The notes: generated by a model not told the origin, from the sequence alone. 64,000 bases of DNA from an uncultured Poribacteria bacterium (GCA_958296135.2 CATQHZ020000001.1:2336001-2400000); one strand, 5' to 3'; counted from the stretch's first letter, positions 45,869-56,881 are shown. A program made the numbers and translations.

Positions 45869-48800
45869 CTATTCAGCATTCGCGCGCTTAATTACCACCA
45901 ACGTTAAATCGTCATACTGCTCCGTTTCGCCCACAAATTCGTGGACATCTTCAACGATGCGGTTAATCACCTGCTCCGCCGTGTAGTCTGCCGGCATATC
46001 GGAGACGAGTTCTATTAACCGCTCCGTGCCATACATTTCGTCCTCGGCATCGAGTGCCTCAATGATGCCATCGGTATGGAAGATGAAGGTATCTCCTTCT
46101 TCCAAAGTCAAGGTAACGGCATCGTAACGTGCCCTGCGCATGCTGCCGAGGGGCAGATCGCTGCTCTCTATTTCCATCGTCTCTGCGCCCCGTTTCAGCA
46201 GCGGATAAGGCTGGCCGCCGTTGGCGTAGTCTATCTGTCCATTTGCCGCATCCAAGACGACGATGTTCAAAGCGATGAAACTCGGTCCGTAGAGGCGCGG
46301 TGCCAAACCGATATTCAGTTCACTCAGAATGACATCCGCCTCGGATCGGAAGCGTGTGACTTCATACAGCATGCCGTTCGTCAGCACTGCACTCATCGCG
46401 CCGCGCAACCCTTTGCCCGCTGCATCGGCGACAGCGATGGCGGTTTGTCCGTTGGCAACCGTCAGATAATCAAAGAAGTCGCCGCCTACCTGTCGCGCGG
46501 GGACAGACATCCCGGCGACATCGAACCCTGGGATATCGGGTGCTTCGGTAGGTAGCAACGCCGTTTGGATGGTTTCTGCTTCAGCGAGTTCAGAGCGGAT
46601 ACGCGCGATGTCGGCTTCTTCCTGTTGCCGCATTTCGGCGCGCAGTTGTAGTGTCTGACGACGGTTGATGTAGAGGCGGACTAGCAGTGTCACGACAGCT
46701 GTGACGAAGATAAACGTCGGCAGATAACTGCGCCACCGCGTCCAGAAAGGCTGCGAGATGGTAACATTTAACGCCGCCGGGCGCTGCGTATACGGCGTGC
46801 CGCCACGCACCGCTTTAATAAGAAACGTATAAGTGCCAGACTTAAGCCCGTCATACCGGACTTGCAGTGCACCGGACGCGCTTTGCAACTGCTGCGTAAT
46901 CCCACCGTAAGACACAGGTTCATGCGTTTGCACGGAAGATACCGCTGTCTCATTAGCAGAATGTGTCAACATGGAGACAGCCTCCGCCGAAATGTTTGTC
47001 CACGCACTCGTGTCTAATCCGACTAACTTAAATTGATAGCCGAGTGCCTCCCGCAACGGGCTGATACCGTTGAAATCAATGGTAATAGTACCAGCACTCG
47101 CAGGAAGTGTTACGCCGGAAATCTCGCCCACATCGCCGTAACCCGAAGGTTTGAGGTGACTCGCGAACCTAGGCCTGCCTGAGAGCGGATAGACCCGGTC
47201 CGCCTCAATTGACGTGAGACGACAGAAAGGAAGCCCACCGTGCTCAGGCGCGTAGCGTGTAGCACCTCCCTCCGTTGCGAACCACATCGCTTTATCTTTC
47301 GATTCGTAGACATGAGAAACGTTGTTGTGCCGGAGGCCATCCTTGGTAGTGATGACGTAAAAGGTCTCGCCATCGTAGCGCACGACACCGCCGCCCCACG
47401 TGGCGAACCAGACATTGCCCCAACTATCCTCCTTGACATCGCGCACATCGTTAACAAGAAAACCATCTCTCGCCGTGGCATAAGTCATAACGTTTTTGCC
47501 ATCGTACTTGACGGCACCGCGCTCCGTCGCTAGCCACAAATCGCCAGACTTCGCGGCCAGTCGCGCGCGAGCAGGGACAACGTCAATGTCCCTGTCGCTG
47601 ATAGCCGCGGTTTCGTCATCGCTGACCTGGTAAGTCGTGAGTCGCTTTTCAAAGAGGAACGTTACTTCTTGGGATACCTCCAAAGGGGGCACCCCTTTGC
47701 TCAAGTTCCGGGTTTGCCAGACTGCAACTGGGAGAGAACGAGCCGAATGCTCTGTTTCCACCCACCGTTCCCCATCTCTTTCTGTCCACATCCAACGTGT
47801 CAACTTCCCGGTAGCACTGCTGAAAAACCATTTGATTTCAAAATCGGATGCAAAAGTTCTCCCTAACGTTTCGGGACTGCTGGTATGCACCAGCACCGCG
47901 GCATCCAACGGCAGAATTTCTGGGCGCAGTGCCGCAGCTGGCGATGCAGGATAACGCTTCACCTGGCCGTTGTCAAAGTGACACCAGAGCCGGCCCAACT
48001 TATCCTTGTGAAGAGACGTAATCGCCGAGGGTGCATGGCGCATCTCGCGCGTCTGCCGAAACAGAATCCTGATGAACCCGGCCTCCGGCGAGAGCCACTG
48101 CAACCCGGTGGCATCCGGTTTGAAGAGCCATCCGCCTAAAGCAAGCCACGGCCCCCCATCTCCAACGCCCCCTTCCGCCAGTAGCACCCCAATGTTACGC
48201 GTGTTGAGCCTTTCGCCGCCGGGACCGATTTCTGCCGCAAGGTAGAGAGAAACCTGATCAAATTTGCCGTTGGCGTATCGGAAGAAGGTGTACCGCGTCG
48301 CATCCCTTCCGGGTGCCGGGCGGTTGACAAACCAGACATGCTCATCAACTTCAAAGATCTTGATAATCTCCGTGCGTCTTCTAAAGCTGCTGATACCTTC
48401 CGTGCGTCTTCTTCCGACTGCACTCGCAGGGCCCCTCCTTCTTGGTTCACTAGATGTCTCTATCCGCAATCGATGCGGCGATAGCACCGGTATTCCTTCT
48501 TCAGCGAGTTCTGCTTCTCCCTGGCCCGCCGCGTCGTAAAGCGCGACACCCCCGGGGATGCTGAACCACAGCCGACTGCGACTATCCTCATACACGAGGC
48601 GGACGCTTTCACCACCGATGCCAGCGCGGGTTGAATAATTCATCATCGCCGGCCTCGGATTATAGGTTGTCACGCCGTTATCGTGCCCGAACCACAGGGT
48701 GCCATCTATCGCCTCAAAAATGGTGAGAATCCGGTCGCTGCCGAGTCCATCATCGGTATAGTAGGCGGTTTGGACGAGAGATGCATCGTATTGATGCGCA

Positions 48801-49978
48801 CCGCGCTGGCTGGAAAACCAGAGATTCCCCATCCAGTCTTCCATCGCGAGGAACCCTCGTAGATATTGACGTGCTCCTAACTCACCATTCGCGAGAACTT
48901 TGAGAGGCCTGAGGGTTGTCCCGTCCCACTGCCTGAGGTTCCCCCGGTCGCTAAACCAGATTCTACCTGTCGTGTCACTCTGAAGTGAAACGCGTCTCTC
49001 TGGCGGCCCCGGTGTCTGAGGTGCCCCTTCTCCTCGCTGTCCCCTCGGTGGGCCGGGCGCACCGCCGCGCCGATTGCCGCGCCTGGGGCCTGTCCACGGT
49101 TTGGGAAGAATCCGGTCAAAGGTTTCGCCTTCAAGTCGGATGAGAAAATTTTCGCCACCAAACCAGAGTGTGCCTGCTGCATCCTGTGCTATTGCGTGAA
49201 CTGCCGCGCCATACTGAAGATTCGGCGCACTCACGCTGTCAAAAGCACGCGTCTCACCCGTATCCGGATGGACGCGCAGCACTACCGCATTTTCGCCATC
49301 GCTCCCGCCGAGCCACAAGTGTCCATCCGTGCTTTCAAAAAGCACATTTATCTCAAGCGGATTCTGCCACGAGGGCCGGTCAGGCCGAACCTCATTCGCG
49401 ACCGGAAAACTGCGCGGCTGCGGTGCCTGCTGAACGCCTGGGGTGGTATACTTCATCAGTTTGACACCTTCGCCACCAGCCACCCAGACATCGCCGCGCC
49501 GGTCGGCGATAAGCGCGCTCCCAGTGGTAATAGGTTCAAACAGATTGCCATCAAACCGGGTTACACGTCCCACCGCCTCTGTTGGAACACGGGACAGGAA
49601 CCAGATATGCCCCCATTTATCTTCAACAATATGTTGCGTCCAGCCGAGCAACGCCCCCGGCGCGACCGCGGGCCTGTCTGTCTGGCCATCAGAAATCCAA
49701 TGGAAATAGAGTTCATCAGACTGTGCCTCTGTCGCGGTTCCCTCCCGAACGCCAGCATAGCCCGCGAAAGTGCTGCCATCAAACTGGGTTACGCCGCCGC
49801 GGTTAGAACCGAACCAAAGTATCCCCCGGCTATCTTGAAAAATAACGGGGACAACAGGCGCGACAAGCCCATCTGCAACGGTGTAGGTTTGCATCTGCTC
49901 CGCACGGATTGCAGTCCCCGTTGCGAGCAGGACGAGACAGATTAACCAATTTGTAGCCACAATTAACGAACGTTTCAT
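45869..49978 (-). CDS. Membrane sensor: Reg_prop beta-propellers, Y_Y_Y domain, TM helix and SpoIIE/PP2C phosphatase
   Basis: Signal peptide, repeats YT..DGL / EDS.G.LWF.T..G, GTYTFLIKA, PFW, then VGGDFFD, VADAAGKG, HTDGIIE and QYDDLT. Confidence 0.85.
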   Translation of the reverse strand: MKRSLIVATNWLICLVLLATGTAIRAEQMQTYTVADGLVAPVVPVIFQDSRGILWFGSNRGGVTQFDGSTFAGYAGVREGTATEAQSDELYFHWISDGQTDRPAVAPGALLGWTQHIVEDKWGHIWFLSRVPTEAVGRVTRFDGNLFEPITTGSALIADRRGDVWVAGGEGVKLMKYTTPGVQQAPQPRSFPVANEVRPDRPSWQNPLEINVLFESTDGHLWLGGSDGENAVVLRVHPDTGETRAFDSVSAPNLQYGAAVHAIAQDAAGTLWFGGENFLIRLEGETFDRILPKPWTGPRRGNRRGGAPGPPRGQRGEGAPQTPGPPERRVSLQSDTTGRIWFSDRGNLRQWDGTTLRPLKVLANGELGARQYLRGFLAMEDWMGNLWFSSQRGAHQYDASLVQTAYYTDDGLGSDRILTIFEAIDGTLWFGHDNGVTTYNPRPAMMNYSTRAGIGGESVRLVYEDSRSRLWFSIPGGVALYDAAGQGEAELAEEGIPVLSPHRLRIETSSEPRRRGPASAVGRRRTEGISSFRRRTEIIKIFEVDEHVWFVNRPAPGRDATRYTFFRYANGKFDQVSLYLAAEIGPGGERLNTRNIGVLLAEGGVGDGGPWLALGGWLFKPDATGLQWLSPEAGFIRILFRQTREMRHAPSAITSLHKDKLGRLWCHFDNGQVKRYPASPAAALRPEILPLDAAVLVHTSSPETLGRTFASDFEIKWFFSSATGKLTRWMWTERDGERWVETEHSARSLPVAVWQTRNLSKGVPPLEVSQEVTFLFEKRLTTYQVSDDETAAISDRDIDVVPARARLAAKSGDLWLATERGAVKYDGKNVMTYATARDGFLVNDVRDVKEDSWGNVWFATWGGGVVRYDGETFYVITTKDGLRHNNVSHVYESKDKAMWFATEGGATRYAPEHGGLPFCRLTSIEADRVYPLSGRPRFASHLKPSGYGDVGEISGVTLPASAGTITIDFNGISPLREALGYQFKLVGLDTSAWTNISAEAVSMLTHSANETAVSSVQTHEPVSYGGITQQLQSASGALQVRYDGLKSGTYTFLIKAVRGGTPYTQRPAALNVTISQPFWTRWRSYLPTFIFVTAVVTLLVRLYINRRQTLQLRAEMRQQEEADIARIRSELAEAETIQTALLPTEAPDIPGFDVAGMSVPARQVGGDFFDYLTVANGQTAIAVADAAGKGLRGAMSAVLTNGMLYEVTRFRSEADVILSELNIGLAPRLYGPSFIALNIVVLDAANGQIDYANGGQPYPLLKRGAETMEIESSDLPLGSMRRARYDAVTLTLEEGDTFIFHTDGIIEALDAEDEMYGTERLIELVSDMPADYTAEQVINRIVEDVHEFVGETEQYDDLTLVVIKRANAE

Positions 49979-50214
49979 AGGTATGTATCCTCGCTCCCTG
50001 TAAGGGCGGATGTCTCTATCTCCGCCCGCCCGGCGAGTCAGACCGGGAACATTTCTGGTTCAGACCGGGGCATGCCGAGAGACAGCCCCTTGCCCTACGG
50101 CGGCCCTTCAACTTCGCGCATCGCAAGGGACGGTGGACATCGCTGCAGAAAAACCAGCAGAGATGATAACGTCTCGGCGTGACGGCCCTCGCGCTACCGT
50201 GTCTGTTTGATCCA

Positions 50215-51384
50215 CTATAAACTGGAAATTCGCGATATCGCCTCCGAAATCACAGCATCCGGATAGGTGAGGGAAATGCGGAAATATCCCTCGCTCCACT
50301 GCCCATAGCCGAGCCCAGGCGTGACGACAACGCCGGCTTCATCCAAAAGCGTCGTCGCGAAGACGCGACTCGAACCGTTAAAATGAGTGGGAACCGGTGC
50401 CCACACATACATCGTCGCCCTCGGTTTTTCAACGTCCCATCCGCTCTCCCGCAGTCCATCTACGACAATATCGCGACGTTTTTGGTAGACAGCATTCAGG
50501 GCCGGCGTGATTTCATCCGCCAATGAGAGTGCTTTCGCGCCCGCGAATTGAAGCGCGCGGAGACAACCGTTATCGATATTGTCTTTCACCAATTTCACCG
50601 CCTCAACCGCGGTCTGGTTACCGGCGACGAACCCTAACCGCCAGCCTGTCATATTAAACGCCTTGCTCAACGAGAAGAATTCTACCGCGACTTCGTCTGC
50701 TCCATCCACTTGTAAGATGCTTGGGGAGCGGTAGCCATCGTAGGTATTTTCGCTATAGGCGTTGTCGTGCGCGATGAGGATGTCGTTTTGCCTTCCGAAT
50801 TCAACGGCACGCGCGAAAAAATCCAGACCGGCGGTAGCTGTCGTCGGGTTATTCGGATAGTTCAGCCATAATACCCTCGCGAGGCGTTTCACCTCATCAG
50901 GGATTGCGTCAAAATCAACGTAGAAATTGTTCTCTCGCAGTATCGGCGCGTAGTAAGTCGTCGCGCTCGCGAAAACATGGCCGATGTTATAGGTAGGATA
51001 ACCCGGACTCGCGGCGATGCCGATGTCGCCGGGGTTGAGGATCCCCAACGCCATTTTGACGATAGCATCTTTGCTACCGAGCGTCGTGACTACCTGTGCT
51101 TCGGATAACGAAACACCGAAACGGTGCTGATAAAAATCGCGGACCGCCCGCGGAAAATCCGCAACCGGACTGTCGCACCCGTAGCGGTGCCTGTCTGCAT
51201 CGGTGACATCTTGGACAGCACTGCAGAGTGCCGCCACAACCGGGTCGGGTGTCGGCATATCCGGGTCGCCGATGCCGAGGCTGATGACATCAACGCCGCG
51301 TGCTTTTGCCGCCGCCATTTTCTGCCGCAAATCCACGAAGAGATAGGGTGGAAGTTTTCGTAAACGTTCTGCAAATGTTACCAA
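50215..51384 (-). CDS. dapL: LL-diaminopimelate aminotransferase-like (class I/II PLP)
   Basis: Motifs LPPYLF, SLGIGDPD, LGSKD, LNYPNNPT, HDNAYSE and SLSKAFNMTGWRLG. dapB lies nearby. Confidence 0.7.
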   Translation of the reverse strand: MVTFAERLRKLPPYLFVDLRQKMAAAKARGVDVISLGIGDPDMPTPDPVVAALCSAVQDVTDADRHRYGCDSPVADFPRAVRDFYQHRFGVSLSEAQVVTTLGSKDAIVKMALGILNPGDIGIAASPGYPTYNIGHVFASATTYYAPILRENNFYVDFDAIPDEVKRLARVLWLNYPNNPTTATAGLDFFARAVEFGRQNDILIAHDNAYSENTYDGYRSPSILQVDGADEVAVEFFSLSKAFNMTGWRLGFVAGNQTAVEAVKLVKDNIDNGCLRALQFAGAKALSLADEITPALNAVYQKRRDIVVDGLRESGWDVEKPRATMYVWAPVPTHFNGSSRVFATTLLDEAGVVVTPGLGYGQWSEGYFRISLTYPDAVISEAISRISSL

Positions 51385-51443
51385 ATTTTTTGTCCTCGTT
51401 CATTGAGTGTTGTCAATTCCGTAGGCGCAGTTTCTAACCGCGC

Positions 51444-52187
51444 TCACTTCAACTGAAGAATCGCCTGCTGCGACGCGCTAAGGCCAGCCATCACGCTGGG
51501 ACTAAAATGCAAACCCTGGCCGCCCCAATCCGGCATATAGCCGATGCTATAGCAATAATAGAGCGTTCGGCGCGGTTTACCGGAAACGTTGATGACGGAG
51601 CCGTGCGTGAGTGCTTCCGTGAAGATGATGGCATCACCGGCCTCCGCTGGAATCGGCGTAAGCACCGGATTTTCGCCCGGATAGCTTCCCCAGGGTTTGG
51701 GAAAATTGCTCTTATGCGCGCCGGGAATCGCGGCGAAGCATCCATCCTCCACATCGCAATCCAGCATCGGAAAAACGGCCTTCGTCAGCGTGGAAACCAT
51801 CTCGCCGTTCCTGCAGTGATACTGGCACTTCGGAATAATCGGCGTGCCGTGCATGTGCAAGCCTGTATAGCCGCCGCCCCACCGATAAATCGTGTAGGTA
51901 TGATTGAGCCGATACGGCCCGCCGGTTACGCCTTCAACGACATCTAGCACTGCTGGCATGTCAATCAGCGCGTTAAAGACGCTGTCCGCCTCCAAGATGT
52001 TGGAGATATAGAGCTCCTTCTCCGTGCGCGGTGTGCCGAGGCACAGCGGCGGCGGATAGTCTGCAGGCGGCATTTCCTCAAACGTGTCAAGAACGCGGTT
52101 GCACGCGTCAATCACTGCAGGCGGTATGACACGTTTTAGCACAATATAGCCTTGCAAGTCAAATAAATATTTTTGTTCGTCTGTCAT
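51444..52187 (-). CDS. Phytanoyl-CoA dioxygenase (PhyH) family protein
   Basis: Motifs FDLQGYIVL, LH, GCF..IPGAHK, AGDAIIF.EALTHG and RR. Confidence 0.85.
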   Translation of the reverse strand: MTDEQKYLFDLQGYIVLKRVIPPAVIDACNRVLDTFEEMPPADYPPPLCLGTPRTEKELYISNILEADSVFNALIDMPAVLDVVEGVTGGPYRLNHTYTIYRWGGGYTGLHMHGTPIIPKCQYHCRNGEMVSTLTKAVFPMLDCDVEDGCFAAIPGAHKSNFPKPWGSYPGENPVLTPIPAEAGDAIIFTEALTHGSVINVSGKPRRTLYYCYSIGYMPDWGGQGLHFSPSVMAGLSASQQAILQLK

Positions 52188-52210
52188 TTGCTAATGTCTC
52201 CGTTTTTCAC

Positions 52211-52310
52211 GGTAGGAGAGCCCTCCCGCGTCTCGATTTCCGACGTGTCGGGACCAGGAGGGCCCTCCTACCGGCAAATCGTACGGGACCAGGAGGGCCC
52301 TCCTACCGGA
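52211..52310. repeat. REP family B cluster (one forward, two reverse copies)
   Basis: GGTAGGAGAGCCCTCCCGCGTCTCGA, followed by CGGGACCAGGAGGGCCCTCCTACCGG twice. Confidence 0.75.
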
Positions 52311-52320
52311 AGAGCCTCGG

Positions 52321-53943
52321 CTATAAATCCAAAAGCGTTTGCGCTGTCCGATCTTTGTAAGGATCTACCAACGGCGGCAGATGTGGCCGCGTGCCGTGCG
52401 CATAGAATTCTTGGATGGACCAGAACTGCAAGCGCGGATACGTCGTATTCCCGATAGTAATCGTGCCGAGCCTCCCTGCTGTTGCATGGACGCTGCTCCG
52501 TTTTCCGATGGGCCGAAGCGTGATGAACACGCCACACGCCGCGTTCCTTTCAATGAGCGTATAACAGAACCGCTCCACATCGGCGACGTAACTCCGCGGT
52601 TTTCCACCCTTCACCTGCGCCAGCGTGAGTGCGGTGTATCCCTCTTCCGGCGCAGCCACCAAGACACCTTGTCCATCAACGCCGCTGTCACCGGTTTGCC
52701 GGACATTCGGCATCATGCCGGTTTGCCAGACGGCCCACTTCTCAAACTGAAATGGATTCGTCTGTGCAAGCCGTTCGGCGGATTCAAAATCGGTAGGGAT
52801 GCCTTTTATCGGCAGTGCTGGATACTTCCCCGCGAACCGCACGGTGTTGATGAGGTCCAACGCGAACATCGAGACATCTATGCCGACAACCTGCCTGCCG
52901 AGTTTCAAACCCGCTTCCATCGTCGTGCCGCAGCCACAAAACGGGTCGAGGATAAGTTCCCCTTCGTTTGAGGATGCCTTCACAATGCGTTCAAGTAACG
53001 CCAGCGGTTTCTGTGTCGGGTAACCGAGGCGTTCTTTGCTCCTTCCCCCCAAGGGACTAATATCCGTCCAGACATTATCAAGGAGTATCCCTCTGTCCTC
53101 ATCCATATAACGGATGCGGTAAGGTGTCCCCTTTGCGCTGAAGTAGACGCGACCCTGTTGATAGAGTTGCTCAAGATGCTCCTTTGTCACGCGCCATCCA
53201 CTGGGGTACGGATTGGTATAGCCTCGCCACTCGTAGCAGAGGCTAGGGCGCGGGCCCATACTCCGACCGCGCCAGAGAGGCGTTAACGCGAACCGTCTCC
53301 CGTTATCATCAACCTTGGGATAACGTTCAGCGACATCCGGATCCGGAACATAAATCCCGTTGAATCGCTGTTTCGGCATACTGTAAAACAGAATGTAATC
53401 GGTACTCCTTCCGAACCTCCTCGGCGCGTATTGATTGCCCTTTGCCGAACCGCCAGTCCGGTGCCACACAATACCGCACTGGAAATTCTCAGGACCGAAA
53501 ATCGTATCCATGAGCACTTTAAGGTGGTAGCCCGCTGTTTCGTCGCAGTGGAGATAGATGGCCCCTGTCGGTTTGAGGATTCGCTTCATTTCGGTGAGCC
53601 GCTCCGCCATATAGATGAGGTACGCGGCCATTCCGGAACGTTCCGGGACAGCGCGGATAGCCCGCAGCGCGGGATGTTTATACCTCGTCAGGTGTCTGAG
53701 TCGTTGTTCTGCTTCGGCACCCCACGTCCACATATCGGTGAATGCGTCCAGCTGCGCCTTCTGTTTTCCGGCATCGTCGCCCCACAAAATGGAGTAAGTC
53801 GCCTTGGAATTGAACGGCGGATCTCCGTAGACGGTATCCACGGATTCATCTGGCCAGTGCTGCATCACCTCAAGGCAGTCGCCGTAATAGAGATGATTCG
53901 GCGCGAGTGCTAAGTCTAATGTAAGTGGTGTGTTAAAGTGCAT
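52321..53943 (-). CDS. Beta-class DNA methyltransferase (N6/N4) fused to a C-terminal Mrr-like restriction endonuclease domain
   Basis: LYYGDCL, DPPF, GYPTQKP and LDPFCGCGT, followed by FQFEKWA...GDSGVDG...AQVKGG. Confidence 0.85.
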   Translation of the reverse strand: MHFNTPLTLDLALAPNHLYYGDCLEVMQHWPDESVDTVYGDPPFNSKATYSILWGDDAGKQKAQLDAFTDMWTWGAEAEQRLRHLTRYKHPALRAIRAVPERSGMAAYLIYMAERLTEMKRILKPTGAIYLHCDETAGYHLKVLMDTIFGPENFQCGIVWHRTGGSAKGNQYAPRRFGRSTDYILFYSMPKQRFNGIYVPDPDVAERYPKVDDNGRRFALTPLWRGRSMGPRPSLCYEWRGYTNPYPSGWRVTKEHLEQLYQQGRVYFSAKGTPYRIRYMDEDRGILLDNVWTDISPLGGRSKERLGYPTQKPLALLERIVKASSNEGELILDPFCGCGTTMEAGLKLGRQVVGIDVSMFALDLINTVRFAGKYPALPIKGIPTDFESAERLAQTNPFQFEKWAVWQTGMMPNVRQTGDSGVDGQGVLVAAPEEGYTALTLAQVKGGKPRSYVADVERFCYTLIERNAACGVFITLRPIGKRSSVHATAGRLGTITIGNTTYPRLQFWSIQEFYAHGTRPHLPPLVDPYKDRTAQTLLDL

Positions 53944-53994
53944 CCGTGCTCCTTTTAAGCATCCGGGTTAAACGGACGCAAAACGCATGGCGAC

Positions 53995-56106
53995 TTACCG
54001 AATTCGCGCCCGTTGTGTATAACTAAGAATAGTCCCATATTGCCCAACCACCCATCCGCTCTCTGCGCTGCTCATGTAAATAGCTTTCAGATCGGTGCGG
54101 GTATCGGTGCGTTGAGGCCTCCAATTCTCGCCGCCATCTCTCGTACGCAGCACGAGCCCCGCCTTGCCGACACACCATCCCTCGGTTTCGGAAATGAAAA
54201 AGACATCGTCCAGATTGTTTTGTGTGTGCCCTTCTTGGCGGCTCCACGTCTTGCCGCCATTTTTTGTGTGCAAAATTAATCCATCAACCCCGACAACCCA
54301 ACCGATAGTGTCGGAGACGAAGTAGACTGCATCGAACCATGCCTGACTGTAGCGGGTATCCTTGTGCTTGGCGATGCGTTCGTCAAGGTGCCACTGTTTT
54401 CCGCCATCGCGCGTGTAAAGCATCGTGCCGAGCATGCCGACTGCCCATCCTCGCAGTTTGGAGGTGAAGTGAACGTCAAAAAGGTTTGCGGTAGTCCCGC
54501 TTTTTTGGGTTCGCCACGTTTTTCCGCCGTTATCTGTATGGATAATCTCGCCGCCACTTCCAACGCACCATCCTATCTTTTCGTTCACAAAGAAAACAGC
54601 GAGGAGCTCTTGCTGGGTATCAGCGGGCTGCCGTTGCCAGAGGCTGCCGCCGTTGGTGGTATGCAAAATCACGCCGGCTTCGGCGACTGCCCACCCCTTC
54701 TGAGGAGAGACAAAGTGCGTCGCGCCGAAGCATTCTGTCGTGCGGCTATCTTGCGCTCGCCATCCGGCCTTTGCGGTGCCCGGGTCGAAATGCAGAATTG
54801 CACCTCTGTCGCCGACAACGTATGCTTTATTACCGGAAACGGCGTAAACGTCAATGAGGAGGTGACTTGGGCTCGATTGCGCTTCCCATGTCACGCCGCC
54901 GTTGCGGGTGTGCAAAATCGTGCCGTTTTCGCCCACTGCCCACCCGAGTTGCGCGGAGACGAAGTCAACGCCGAGTAAGAGCGCGTCCGCGCTGTTATGA
55001 AAGCGAGGCCCACCGCGCTGATGCTTCCAATTTTTCCCATCGGTGTGGAGAATCACCCCCAGGTCGCCGACAATCCAGCCGTGCGCGGATGTGCGGTTAG
55101 AAACTGCGCCTACAGCATTCGCATCAGCGTTGACGAAATCCACATCGTAGAGTGAGAAGGTGTGCAACTGTTCGTTGCCGAGGTAGGCCGGCTGCCCGTA
55201 ACGCTGTTTGTGGCGTTGGTTGCTGCCAGCTGTCACGAATTCCCACGTTTTGCCGCCATCGATTGTTGCAAAGAGACTGCGCCGGTCGCCGACAATCCAG
55301 CCTCTCGCCCTGTCTACGAAATGCAGACTGAACAACGCTTGCTCGGTTGCAAACTGCTCTATCCATGTCTGCCCGCCATTCGTCGTGGCATAGATGTATC
55401 CGGCATTCTCAGCAATCCTGCCTGGGGCCGTTTCTAGCCCACTATAGGCGATTACCCATCCGTGGGTATCGTCAACAAAATGGATGCCGCGGAGGGCTCT
55501 CTTTCGGAACCAGGAGGGCGCGCCTACATCTGTAAACGTCCTCCCTCCATCCGTGGATTTCAGCAGTGTCCCCCAATCGCCGACAACCCACCCTGTATCT
55601 CCGACAATGGAAACATCGTGCAGGTTATTTTGCGTGCCGGTTTCAAGCGGCTGCCAGGTTTGTCCGCTGTCGGTTGTGTAGATGAGGGTGCCGCCATCGC
55701 CGACACACCAGCCCTCGGATGCATCGCGGAAATAAACCTTTCGCAACGGTTTCCCGAAGACACGGCTGTATTGTCGGTGCCAGTTTTTTCCGCCATCATC
55801 GGTAGAGATGATAAGACTCTCCGCGCCTTCCGTTTCACTGAGGACATCGCCGTGCCGGGGCGGTTCAAAATTTCCCACTGCCCAACCTTGGTTTTCGGAG
55901 ACGAAGTGGACATCGTAGAGGTGCGCGCTCCAATCGCCTTTGACGACAGTGCGCCACTCAAAATGCTTCGGCGGCGCATCTGCACACCCGAAAATAGCAC
56001 AGAGCAGCACAAGTTGCAACAGGCATATCCTGCGCAATTCTCGGCACGGCGAGGGACAGGCCCTCGCCCTACGGTATCGGGGGTGCAAACAGAACTTCGC
56101 TGACAT
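53995..56106 (-). CDS. YCF48-like / BNR-repeat beta-propeller lipoprotein; start uncertain
   Basis: Many L.DV.F....GW.VG..G.ILHT.DGG.TW repeats and a lipobox-like AIFGC. Confidence 0.8.
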   Translation of the reverse strand: MSAKFCLHPRYRRARACPSPCRELRRICLLQLVLLCAIFGCADAPPKHFEWRTVVKGDWSAHLYDVHFVSENQGWAVGNFEPPRHGDVLSETEGAESLIISTDDGGKNWHRQYSRVFGKPLRKVYFRDASEGWCVGDGGTLIYTTDSGQTWQPLETGTQNNLHDVSIVGDTGWVVGDWGTLLKSTDGGRTFTDVGAPSWFRKRALRGIHFVDDTHGWVIAYSGLETAPGRIAENAGYIYATTNGGQTWIEQFATEQALFSLHFVDRARGWIVGDRRSLFATIDGGKTWEFVTAGSNQRHKQRYGQPAYLGNEQLHTFSLYDVDFVNADANAVGAVSNRTSAHGWIVGDLGVILHTDGKNWKHQRGGPRFHNSADALLLGVDFVSAQLGWAVGENGTILHTRNGGVTWEAQSSPSHLLIDVYAVSGNKAYVVGDRGAILHFDPGTAKAGWRAQDSRTTECFGATHFVSPQKGWAVAEAGVILHTTNGGSLWQRQPADTQQELLAVFFVNEKIGWCVGSGGEIIHTDNGGKTWRTQKSGTTANLFDVHFTSKLRGWAVGMLGTMLYTRDGGKQWHLDERIAKHKDTRYSQAWFDAVYFVSDTIGWVVGVDGLILHTKNGGKTWSRQEGHTQNNLDDVFFISETEGWCVGKAGLVLRTRDGGENWRPQRTDTRTDLKAIYMSSAESGWVVGQYGTILSYTQRARIR

Positions 56107-56881
56107 CGTGGCATCCTTTGGGAGCATCCAGCACCCATCTCGCCGCACGAATCGCGCCTTTCGCGAACGCCTCCGGACTTTGCGCGCGATGGACAACGCT
56201 GAGCTGCTCACCTTCGGTTGCGAATAGGACGGTGTGCTCTCCTGCAATATCGCCCCCGCGCACTGCGTGAATGCCAATCTCCTTCTGGCTCCGCGGGCCG
56301 ACGATACCGTGGCGGCCGTAAACGCCTACCTCAGCCAAATCGCGCCCAAGTGCAGCAGCAACAGTCTCCGCTAACCGGAGCGCAGTGCCACTCGGCGAGT
56401 CTGCCTTGTGGTTATGGTGCGCCTCGATTACCTCAACGTTGTAGTCATCGCCGAGTGCCTTGGCAATTAACGCCAATGCCTGTATCATCACGTTCACGCC
56501 GAGGCTCATGTTCGGTGCCATGACGCAGCGGATTTTCCCCGCGAGTTCAACCACGGTTGCGAGCACCTCTGGACTAAACCCAGTCGTAGCGATTACCATC
56601 GCCTTATCAGCATCGACAACCTGTCGTAAGTGTTGCAACGTCGCTTCGGGTTGTGAGAATTCAATGACAACGTCGCCGCTATCAAGCACGCCGCCGAGCT
56701 CCCCTGTAATTAAGACACCAAGCTCACCAATGCCCGCGACTACGCCGACATCACTCCCGATTTGTGGGTGCGTCGGATATTCAATCGCACCGACGACTTC
56801 CATATCTGTTTGTTGGGCAACGCCTTGGGTGATAAGTCGTCCCATGCGGCCGCATGCCCCGTTAATTATTACACCAATCAT
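56069..56881 (-). CDS. dapB: 4-hydroxy-tetrahydrodipicolinate reductase
   Basis: Motifs GACGRMG, ATTG, APNMSLGVN, EAHHNHKADSPSGTA, RGGDIAGEH and FAKGA. Confidence 0.95.
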   Translation of the reverse strand: MIGVIINGACGRMGRLITQGVAQQTDMEVVGAIEYPTHPQIGSDVGVVAGIGELGVLITGELGGVLDSGDVVIEFSQPEATLQHLRQVVDADKAMVIATTGFSPEVLATVVELAGKIRCVMAPNMSLGVNVMIQALALIAKALGDDYNVEVIEAHHNHKADSPSGTALRLAETVAAALGRDLAEVGVYGRHGIVGPRSQKEIGIHAVRGGDIAGEHTVLFATEGEQLSVVHRAQSPEAFAKGAIRAARWVLDAPKGCHDVSEVLFAPPIP

